DNA from: Desulfobacteraceae bacterium
GTDB lineage: Bacteria; Desulfobacterota; Desulfobacteria; Desulfobacterales; Desulfosarcinaceae
Assembly: GCA_027031325.1 (NCBI GenBank)
Contig: JALVRI010000576.1
Coordinates: 1 to 24,218, forward strand
DNA length: 24,218 nt
Direction: 5' to 3'
A model generated the notes under the pieces. It was not told where the DNA came from, ran no database searches, and was given only the letters and a program-made list of their open reading frames with translations. This document shows, piece by piece, positions 9,560 through 16,412 of the stretch (positions are counted from its first letter, which is position 1; every line of letters starts with the position of its first letter). The position numbers and the translations under genes are program-made.

Positions 9560-10591
9560 TCACTCTTTTATCCAGGCAGGCTCGAGTTCGGCCCGCTCCT
9601 GGAAACGCGCCAGGATGTCCGGCCCGTGGCGCAGGAAGGTTTTAGGGTGCAATATCGTTCCGATGCGCTGGATGCCGAGCAGCAGCCGGCAGGTCGGGCG
9701 CGAGACTATCTTTTCACTGACGAGGTAGACCCTGCCCGCAGCCACGGCCTTGATGATTTCAAATCCTGGTTCCTTTACTATATCGTTGACCCGGACCGGG
9801 TTCATGGGCCCCTGTTGGGCCAGGTAGTAGTCGATTCGGCGGGCATGGGAAAGGATGCGCTCTTTTCCGTAGACCGCGATGTTGTTGTTGGGACGCACCG
9901 GTGCGTCCGAAGCGACGTTGATTCCACCGGCCGCTTCCAGGACGAAGATCGCCGCCGCTGTCGGAGCGAAGGTCTTCATCTTGGAATGGATGGCCTCGAA
10001 GTAAACCCGGGGTTTGTTTTTCAGTCCGGCCGTGAGCCTGCGAAAGTCGGCCACCGCCCGCCTGAAGGCGGCCACCAACCGCCCGGCCCGTTGCCGTTGC
10101 CCGCTCAGGACCCCCAGGATCTTCCAGTAGGTCATGACCTCGTCCATGTTGCGGGGCTGGAGGCTGACCACTGTAACCCCGCTTTCTTCCAGGCGCTGGA
10201 TGAAATCGGGGTGGCCCCGGTCTATCATGGGTCGTACCAGGACCAGGTCGGGCTTGGCGGCCAGCAGGCGTTCGGGGTCGTCGTGGGCCGAAAAGACCGG
10301 CTTGGTCCGGGCGGCCGGAGGAAAGCTGTCGTGAGCGGTAACTCCGATGACCGACTCTCCAAGCCCCAGGGCAAACAGGTTTTCGGTGTGGGCGGTATAA
10401 AGGGAGATGATTCTGCGCTTTACCTGGCCGGCCCGGATGCGGCGCCCGGCCTGGTCGATAACGTATCCGCTGGATGTCAGGACCGGGGCCAGCCCGTGGC
10501 TTTTGGCAAGTGAGTGCGCGGCTGTCCGGCCCGGGACCGGTAAAACGGTCAGGGCGAAGACCAAGACAGGCGTAAAAAGCTTTTTCAGCAT
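9560..10591 (-). CDS. ABC transporter substrate-binding protein, BtuF/FecB-like (probably corrinoid)
   Basis: Signal-peptide-like N-terminus; RIISL...TENLFALG...VIGV, ERLLAAKPDLVL. Lies in the B12-riboswitch operon. Confidence 0.85.
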   Translation of the reverse strand: MLKKLFTPVLVFALTVLPVPGRTAAHSLAKSHGLAPVLTSSGYVIDQAGRRIRAGQVKRRIISLYTAHTENLFALGLGESVIGVTAHDSFPPAARTKPVFSAHDDPERLLAAKPDLVLVRPMIDRGHPDFIQRLEESGVTVVSLQPRNMDEVMTYWKILGVLSGQRQRAGRLVAAFRRAVADFRRLTAGLKNKPRVYFEAIHSKMKTFAPTAAAIFVLEAAGGINVASDAPVRPNNNIAVYGKERILSHARRIDYYLAQQGPMNPVRVNDIVKEPGFEIIKAVAAGRVYLVSEKIVSRPTCRLLLGIQRIGTILHPKTFLRHGPDILARFQERAELEPAWIKE

Positions 10592-10606
10592 GGCTGAGCC
10601 TCCCGC

Positions 10607-11401
10607 TTAAGTCGCATGATCCCCGTGGGTGAAAACCACCTGGAGGGTACCGGCAAAATCGTCGTGACGTACCATGGCCGGCACCCTGAAGACCATTTCC
10701 AGGTTGGAGCCTGTAAGAACCTCTTTCTTTTTTCCGGCGGCCACCACTTTTCCCCGATTCAAAAGAACAATGTGGCTGCAGAAGGCTGCCGCAAGGTTGA
10801 TATCCTGGAAAACGGCGATGGCACAACAGTTGTTTTCCCGTACCCTCCGGGCGACACATCGCATCAGGCCCAGGGCGTGGTTGATGTCCAGGTTGGCGGT
10901 AGCCTCGTCCAGGACCAGGACCGGTGTATCTTGGGCCAGGGCCCTGGCAAAAACGACCCGCTGGCGCTCACCGCCGCTGAGCTCGGTTATCCTGCGCCCG
11001 GCAAGACCCAGGGTGTCGGTTTCTTCCAGGACCTGTTGCACAACTTCCAGGTCCTTTTTTGCCGGGGAGGTGAAGCGGGGCAGGTGGGCATAGCGGCCCA
11101 TCAGGACCACTTCCCGGACGCTGAAAGGAAAACCGATGACGTATTGTTGGGGGACCAGGGCCAGCTTGCGTGCCAGGCTGCGGCGGGTGTAAGTGTCCAG
11201 GGGGCGGTCGTCGAGCAGGATAAGGCCCTGTTCCGGTTTCAAATGGCGGCAGAGAAGGTCCAGCAAGGTGGTTTTGCCGCTGCCGTTGGGACCCAGGATT
11301 CCGTAGAAGTGACCGTAGCCGAAGTCAAGGTCGACGGCCTTGAAGATGCGTGCCTGGCGGTAACTGAAAGATACCTGCTGGAGCTTAAAGGCCATCGGCA
11401 A
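10607..11401 (-). CDS. ABC transporter ATP-binding protein, BtuD/FecE-like
   Basis: Walker A GPNGSGKT, signature LSGGERQR, Walker B VLVLDE. The H-loop reads QD instead of HD (see findings). Start may be 11395. Confidence 0.92.
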   Translation of the reverse strand: MPMAFKLQQVSFSYRQARIFKAVDLDFGYGHFYGILGPNGSGKTTLLDLLCRHLKPEQGLILLDDRPLDTYTRRSLARKLALVPQQYVIGFPFSVREVVLMGRYAHLPRFTSPAKKDLEVVQQVLEETDTLGLAGRRITELSGGERQRVVFARALAQDTPVLVLDEATANLDINHALGLMRCVARRVRENNCCAIAVFQDINLAAAFCSHIVLLNRGKVVAAGKKKEVLTGSNLEMVFRVPAMVRHDDFAGTLQVVFTHGDHAT

Positions 11402-12455
11402 CCCCCTTTTTTTGGCGCCTGCGAAACAGGTAACAGAAAAAGGGCCCGCCGATAAGGGCCGTCAGGACGCCTACCGGAACTTCACGCGGCAGCACGGCCC
11501 TTGTCAGGGTATCGGCCGCCAGCAAAAGCAAAGCGCCGGCAAGAAAAGAAAAGGGCAGCAGGCGCCGGTTGTCAGGACCGGCAAGGCTCCTTACCATGTG
11601 GGGTACCAGCAGGCCCACGAATCCGATAATGCCCGAAATGGAGACACAGGCCGCCGTGACCAGGGAGGCACTGACCAGCAGGACCAGGGTCGCTTTCCTG
11701 GTGGAGACCCCCAGGGATGCCGCCGAACGCCGGCCCAGGGCCATGAGGTTCAGGTCCCGGGCGTAGAAAGCGAAAACCGCCATTCCGACAGCGGAAAAGA
11801 TCGCTACCAGCCCGACCTGGGGCCAGGTTCGGCCGGCGAAACTGCCCATCAGCCAGAAAATTATGGCTGCAACCTGCTCGTCGGCCAGGTATTTCAGGAA
11901 GCTGATACCCGCCGACAAGATGGCAGCGACGATGATACCGGAAAGGATCAGGCTGGTTGAGCCGTAGCCGTTTGCGGAAGCCGACAGGTAGAGTACCGCC
12001 GCCAGGGTGGCCAGGGCGCCCATGAAGGCGAAGAGGGTGAGGCTGTAACTGCCGAACAGGGATAGGTTGAGCACGATCGCCAGGGAGGCTCCGAAAGACG
12101 CTCCGGCCGATATTCCCAGGGTATAGGGGTCGGCCAGGGGGTTGAGCAGGAGGGCCTGGAAGACCACACCGCAGGCCGCCAGGCCGCCGCCGACGATGGC
12201 CGAAGCCAGAATGCGCGGAAGTCGCACCTGCCAGACAACAACCGGCAGGAGGGGGTCCAGATCGGCGATCCAGTGACCGGCCTTGAATATCTTGGCGCCG
12301 ATAATGCTCGCCACCTGGGACCAGGCAATGGAGATATAGCCCATGCCGGAGGCGGTCACCACCGCTGCCGACAGCAGGGCCGCCAGGAGGAACAGGACGA
12401 CCAGCTGCTTTCCGGCAAAAAGGCGTGGACTGAATTCGGATTCTGCCCCTGGCAT
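11385..12455 (-). CDS. ABC transporter permease, BtuC/FecCD family
   Basis: RLPRILASAIVGGGLA, NPLADPYTLGISAGA, FWLMGS, GIIGFVGLLVPH, GGPFF. Start moved from TTG 12470 to ATG 12455, which has SD GGGGAAGA. Confidence 0.93.
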   Translation of the reverse strand: MPGAESEFSPRLFAGKQLVVLFLLAALLSAAVVTASGMGYISIAWSQVASIIGAKIFKAGHWIADLDPLLPVVVWQVRLPRILASAIVGGGLAACGVVFQALLLNPLADPYTLGISAGASFGASLAIVLNLSLFGSYSLTLFAFMGALATLAAVLYLSASANGYGSTSLILSGIIVAAILSAGISFLKYLADEQVAAIIFWLMGSFAGRTWPQVGLVAIFSAVGMAVFAFYARDLNLMALGRRSAASLGVSTRKATLVLLVSASLVTAACVSISGIIGFVGLLVPHMVRSLAGPDNRRLLPFSFLAGALLLLAADTLTRAVLPREVPVGVLTALIGGPFFCYLFRRRQKKGVADGL

Positions 12456-12467
12456 TTGTATCTTCCC

Positions 12468-12512
12468 CAAAAAACAAGCCCTTCTGTGCCTGAAAAAAGC
12501 ATTAGAAGGGCT
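12468..12512 (-). terminator. Intrinsic terminator/attenuator, probable riboswitch expression platform
   Basis: Minus strand reads AGCCCTTCT-N18-AGAAGGGCT followed by TGTTTTTT, directly before the permease SD. Confidence 0.7.
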
Positions 12513-12577
12513 GCACCCAGCTTACTTGACCCTTGGTGAGTGTTCCCCGGTTGCCTGGTAGCAACCCGGGTTGCGGC

Positions 12578-12778
12578 AAGGCAGGTCTTCTGGCTTCCCT
12601 GCCCGTTTCGGCGGCCTTCCCATCGTAAAGCCGACAGTGGCAATTGAGCCGAAAGGGTTCCGGCGGTCGTTGGTGACAGCCGGCAGGGTTACAGCGGCGG
12701 GACCGCTCCCGATTTCAACGGGATTCCCTATTAAGCCCATCCGGTACCTGTCCGGCAAAAGCGGGCACCTTGCAGGGC
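12578..12778 (-). ncRNA. Cobalamin (AdoCbl) riboswitch
   Basis: Minus strand reads AGGTGCCC...GGGCTTAATAGGGAATCCCGTTGAAATCGGGAGCGGTCCCGCCGCTGTAA...GCCACTGT...GGGAAGG...GGGAAGCCAGAAGACCTGCC, with all hallmark B12-element motifs, upstream of btu/cbi genes. Confidence 0.96.
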
Positions 12779-12779
12779 C

Positions 12780-12809
12780 ACCATAAGAAAAGGCCGCCCG
12801 GCTTGTCAA
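12780..12809 (-). promoter_or_regulatory. sigma70 promoter for the riboswitch-btu-cbi operon
   Basis: TTGACA (12809-12804), 18-nt spacer, TATGGT (12785-12780), immediately 5' of the riboswitch. Confidence 0.7.
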
Positions 12810-12898
12810 ATGAAAATCATGGCCCGCCCTGGCCCGGACCTGAAAGCAGGGGCTTGTTGAAGAAAAGTTGAAGAAAAACAGAAAGACGTTGCGATATT

Positions 12899-12927
12899 TT
12901 GTTGACAACCAAGATCTGATGTATAAT
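12899..12927 (+). promoter_or_regulatory. sigma70 promoter for the cold-shock gene
   Basis: Perfect TATAAT at 12922-12927 with TTGTTG 17 nt upstream; an overlapping TTGACA at 12902 is only 14 nt away. Implies a ~95-nt 5' UTR, typical of csp genes. Confidence 0.6.
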
Positions 12928-13027
12928 GATTTGACAGTTTCACTTGGAGAACCATTTGTCAGTCTTTGTACAGTGGTGACCAAGCGTTTGGAACAAGAAC
13001 ATTTTTCATTGAAAGGAGGTCACCACG

Positions 13028-13228
13028 ATGGCCAACGGAGTAGTCAAATGGTTTAGCGACAAGAAGGGTTACGGATTTATCGCCCAGGAAGATGGGCCTG
13101 ATGTTTTCGTACATTTCAGTGGAATCAGCGGAAGCGGTTTCAAAAACCTCAACGAGGGCGACCGGGTAACATTCGAAATCGAAGAGGGACCCAAAGGACC
13201 CTCGGCGGTGAACGTGACCGTGGTCTAG
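13028..13228 (+). CDS. csp: Cold-shock protein, CspA family (66 aa)
   Basis: [15 protein letters not shown] (RNP1), DVFVHFS (RNP2), [21 protein letters not shown]. Strong SD AAAGGAGGT. Confidence 0.98.
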   Translation: MANGVVKWFSDKKGYGFIAQEDGPDVFVHFSGISGSGFKNLNEGDRVTFEIEEGPKGPSAVNVTVV

Positions 13229-13250
13229 CTTCTGTCACGACCTGAAAAAC

Positions 13251-13285
13251 AAAAAGCGGAGCACCTGGTTGCTCCGCTTTTTTTT
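13251..13285. terminator. Bidirectional intrinsic terminator between convergent csp and GMC oxidoreductase genes
   Basis: AAAAAGCGGAGC-N8-GCTCCGCTTTTTTTT: GC stem with an A-tract before and a T-tract after. Confidence 0.9.
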
Positions 13286-13342
13286 ATGGTGGGCCTGAGC
13301 GCTTGGATCGGTGCGGGACCCGGATTTTGCCGTCCTTCCAGG

Positions 13343-14920
13343 TCAGTTTCGCTTGGGCGGGACATGGCTCATGGCATGCTCGGCCATGGCGGTTATGGTC
13401 AGGCTTGGGTTGACTCCCAAATTGGCCGGGACCATGGATCCGTCCACAACGTAAAGGCCGGGGTGGCCGAAGACCTGGTTGTAGATGTCGATAACACCCT
13501 CGGCCGGATCGTCGCCCATGACGCACCCGCCCAGGATGTGGGCGGTCGTGCCCTTTTTGAAGAATACTTCGCCGATGGCGTTTTGGGGCAGGCCGTTCAT
13601 TATGCGGGCAAGGGTCTCGGTCGCTCTTTGGGCCTGGGGTATGCAGTCAGGGGCTTTGAGGGCATCTTTTTCCGGCCGGGAGACAAAACGTTTCAGCCGG
13701 GGCAGAAGGGGGTGGGGCCTGTATTCCAGCCGGATGCTGTTTTCCAGGGTTTGCATTACCAGCAGGATGATGGTCTTGCGCGCCCAGCCGAACGGCCAGT
13801 GGACCCTGACAAAATCGAGGGGATGTGCAAAGGCCTGACGGAACCATTCCAGGCGCCTTTTGCGGCTACAGCCCCCCGGAGGCATGATGGTGGTCAGCAG
13901 GCTCATCAGGTCCGACCCCTTCGGATAGCGGACCGGCTCGATGTGGGTCGCCCGGTCGGGGTAGATGCTTGAAGTTATTGCCACACCTTTTGAAAGATCT
14001 GTGCCGCGGCGGCGTGAACTGACCCCGGTCAATGACTCGCTGTTGGTTCTTACCTTGCGCCCCAGCATTGGAGAGAGGTTTGGAAGGGTGCCCTCGTCCC
14101 GGCATTGAAATAAGAGTTCCAGGGTTCCGAGTACTCCGGCGGCCAGAACCACCCGGGACGCTTTGAAGGCTCTTTTGGGATGGCCCCCAAGGCTCGTTGT
14201 GCAGGAGGTTTCCACAATATAGCCTCCGTCCACGGGACGAAGCAGGCGGGCCTTGGTTTCGGGAAAGATTTTCACCCCCAACCCTTCTGCCAGGTAGAGA
14301 TAATTTTTGACCAGGGTGTTTTTGGCATTGTGGCGGCAGCCAACCATGCATCCTCCGCAATGGGTGCAGCCTTTACGAGGCGGCCCTTGACCGCCGAAGT
14401 AAGGATCCGCCGCTATCTTGCCCGGTCGGCCAAAGAAGACGGCCACGTCCTGGAGCCTGAAAGTATTCCGGCACCCCAGGGCTTTGGCCAGGCGGAAGAT
14501 TTCAACGTCGGCCGGTGTTGGTTCCGGCACCCGGGTTACACCCAGCATCCTGCGGGCAACGGCATAATGGGGAGCCAGCCTTTGGTACCAGTCGCTTCCC
14601 CGGGGCCATGAAGAGGATTGGAAAAACACCGCTGGAGGCACCAGGTGGGTGTTTGCGTAACCCAGGCTGCCACCGCCCACGCCCGCGCCGCTCAGGACCA
14701 TTACGTGGGGCAGGTTGGATATCCGCAGGATACCGTAGCAGCGCAACCGGGGAGCCCAGAGGAACCTTTTTATCTGCCAGGAACGGGTGGCAAAGTCGTT
14801 GTCCCGGTAGCGTTTGCCTGCTTCTATGACCGCCACCCGGTATCCTTTTTCGGCCAGGCGCAGGGCACTTACGCTGCCGCCGAAGCCTGATCCGACGATG
14901 ACAAAATCATATTCCAGCAT
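13343..14920 (-). CDS. GMC-family FAD oxidoreductase, cholesterol oxidase (ChoD)-like
   Basis: YDFVIVGSGFGGSVSALRL (Rossmann GxGxxG), GVGGGSL, CTHCGGCMVGCRHNAKNTL..NYL, TAHILGGC, VVDGSMVPANLGVNPSLTI. Start set at ATG 14920, where the domain begins. Confidence 0.88.
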   Translation of the reverse strand: MLEYDFVIVGSGFGGSVSALRLAEKGYRVAVIEAGKRYRDNDFATRSWQIKRFLWAPRLRCYGILRISNLPHVMVLSGAGVGGGSLGYANTHLVPPAVFFQSSSWPRGSDWYQRLAPHYAVARRMLGVTRVPEPTPADVEIFRLAKALGCRNTFRLQDVAVFFGRPGKIAADPYFGGQGPPRKGCTHCGGCMVGCRHNAKNTLVKNYLYLAEGLGVKIFPETKARLLRPVDGGYIVETSCTTSLGGHPKRAFKASRVVLAAGVLGTLELLFQCRDEGTLPNLSPMLGRKVRTNSESLTGVSSRRRGTDLSKGVAITSSIYPDRATHIEPVRYPKGSDLMSLLTTIMPPGGCSRKRRLEWFRQAFAHPLDFVRVHWPFGWARKTIILLVMQTLENSIRLEYRPHPLLPRLKRFVSRPEKDALKAPDCIPQAQRATETLARIMNGLPQNAIGEVFFKKGTTAHILGGCVMGDDPAEGVIDIYNQVFGHPGLYVVDGSMVPANLGVNPSLTITAMAEHAMSHVPPKRN

Positions 14921-15020
14921 CTTTTCATCCACTTTGTTGTTGGGATTCGCAGGGATCGCAGGTAAAAACATCCTAATCGATGGATAAATTGCCTGCAAGA
15001 AGAGAGTTTGGAGCTGGGCT

Positions 15021-15206
15021 TTGACAAGAGAGGATTCGGATCAATACATTGCCTGCCCCAGGCTGAAGGGCCGGCCGCGCAAGCATCTGGAGGTATGCCG
15101 CAAATGTTCCCACCGCAAGAAATGCCGGGCGTATTTCCGTTTTCAGCAACCGGCATTGCCGTTTGTTTACCCCGGCCGGGACCGGCGGGGCGGAGGAAAT
15201 AGCTGA
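15021..15206 (+). CDS. Small basic Cys-rich hypothetical protein (61 aa)
   Basis: TTG start with GGAG 7 nt upstream; four Cys (C-x13-C-x2-C-x5-C); fills an otherwise empty intergenic gap. Confidence 0.5.
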   Translation: MTREDSDQYIACPRLKGRPRKHLEVCRKCSHRKKCRAYFRFQQPALPFVYPGRDRRGGGNS

Positions 15207-15370
15207 CGGGCTGTTGCAATCGACGATCAAGAAGCCAAATCAGGACAACCGGAGTTCAACAATCAACTGGTATCAGCAGGAGCTGGAATGCAAGTCAGGA
15301 TCAACATGAACGCTGGTTTTGCAACAGCCCGTCAACTAAAGCCCGGGGGAGGGAACGTCTTTTTTTTTGG

Positions 15371-15727
15371 TCAACTCATGATATCTATAACTCGGCCCAG
15401 GATTTCATCTTCCGTCTTCAAGGCTGCAAGATTGGCCTGATAGGCATGACGAACAGTCATCAAATCGGCCATCTCCTCGACCAGGTCTACGTTTGAACCC
15501 TCGACTTCGGTGGTCGTATCATCGGCGTAAGTTTCATGGATGGGTCCGGGAGTTTCTTCGTCCTTGAAGACCTGGGCCTTTACACCTCCGTGATCGCCTT
15601 CCGACAGTATGGTACGCCTGCGCTTGAATCCGTCGGTTTGGACATTGGCGATGTTGTCAGCGGTTACGTTCAATTTTTTTTGAAAAGCCGAAATGGCAGT
15701 TAGAGTCGTACTGTCGGCTACGACCAT
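15371..15727 (-). CDS. Short flagellar basal-body rod/hook-family protein (FlgC/FlgG-like N- and C-terminal domains only, 118 aa)
   Basis: N-terminal rod motif VTADNIANVQTDGFK and C-terminal motif EGSNVDLVEEMADLM...AYQAN...EDEILG. ATG 15727 with SD GGGAGG. Confidence 0.85.
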   Translation of the reverse strand: MVVADSTTLTAISAFQKKLNVTADNIANVQTDGFKRRRTILSEGDHGGVKAQVFKDEETPGPIHETYADDTTTEVEGSNVDLVEEMADLMTVRHAYQANLAALKTEDEILGRVIDIMS

Positions 15728-15769
15728 GTTTGCCTCCCTTTCGGCCTTTAGCCTGCTCACATGGATCAC

Positions 15770-15785
15770 TACAAGTTTTATGCCA
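15770..15785 (-). promoter_or_regulatory. Candidate sigma54 (-24/-12) promoter for the mini rod gene
   Basis: TGGCATAAAACTTGTA versus consensus TGGCAC-N5-TTGCW; the -12 dinucleotide is GT rather than GC. AT-rich tract upstream. Confidence 0.5.
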
Positions 15786-15858
15786 GATGGGGTTTATTTT
15801 AAATACCTTTGAAAAACAAATAGATACAAATTATTGTTTTCCACAGGCCATATCCGGG

Positions 15859-15898
15859 GTGACATTTTTGGTCACTTGCATGTGACAATTAATGTAAC
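15859..15898. promoter_or_regulatory. Tandem 17-bp imperfect palindromes, candidate enhancer-binding-protein sites
   Basis: GTGACA-TTTTT-GGTCAC (15859-15875) and GTGACA-ATTAA-TGTAAC (15882-15898), 23 bp apart. Confidence 0.5.
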
Positions 15899-16333
15899 CG
15901 GACGTCAAGGCGAGCCTACCTGCTCAGTGTCAAGCAGATGACGACTTGCTCCCCGGCCCAAAAACCGCCCGCCATCTCCCCTGGAAAGAAATAACAAGAA
16001 ATAACAGATAGATATGCTGTTGATGGCTTTGGATTGTACATCCAGGCAAGCGGGCATGTTTTTTGCTGGGTCTGTTCAAGGGGACCGTAAAAATCAATTT
16101 ACCCGGATTTTGCAGCCGGCGAGTTTGGCGAAGATGCGAGGCGGAGGGCAGGCAGACGTACTCTGGTACTTCAACCGCCCTCCAACAAAGCAGATTCGCT
16201 AAAATCGCCAGCCCCTTGCGGCTTCAAATGCCTGATGATTTATCACCTAATTAACTTCACCTTTTGGGCGAAGGCACGACCGGGAACAAATACATGCTAA
16301 CTATGTAATTATTCAATGAAGTTACTTATTTCC

Positions 16334-16349
16334 AGGCATTTGAAGTGCA
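16334..16349 (+). promoter_or_regulatory. Candidate sigma54 promoter for the cyclase operon
   Basis: AGGCATTTGAAGTGCA gives exact GG-N10-GC spacing with GGCA and TGCA cores; AT-rich region upstream; 64 nt before the first ATG. Confidence 0.55.
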
Positions 16350-16412
16350 TAATCCGGGATTTACCCGGCTACTGACGGACAAGTCGAATGTTTCGGCTGC
16401 CAGGCTGAGAAA

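Noticed and set aside
12522-13056. ORFs 12522..12983, 12571..12786 and 12868..13056
   Set aside because: They overlap the riboswitch and divergent promoters, which explain the region better.
13343-14920. GMC oxidoreductase as the missing CbiJ substitute
   Set aside because: It is separated from the cbi operon by csp and a terminator, lies outside riboswitch control, and has an unrelated fold.
15240-15375. Recurrent TCAAC pentamers and a 9-T run downstream of the mini rod gene
   Set aside because: Spacing is irregular (not CRISPR- or iteron-like), and no strong stem lies adjacent to the T-run.
15728-15760. TAAAGGCCGAAAG upstream of the mini rod gene as a sigma28 promoter
   Set aside because: TAAA and GCCGA are adjacent rather than 15 nt apart, and the element overlaps the RBS.
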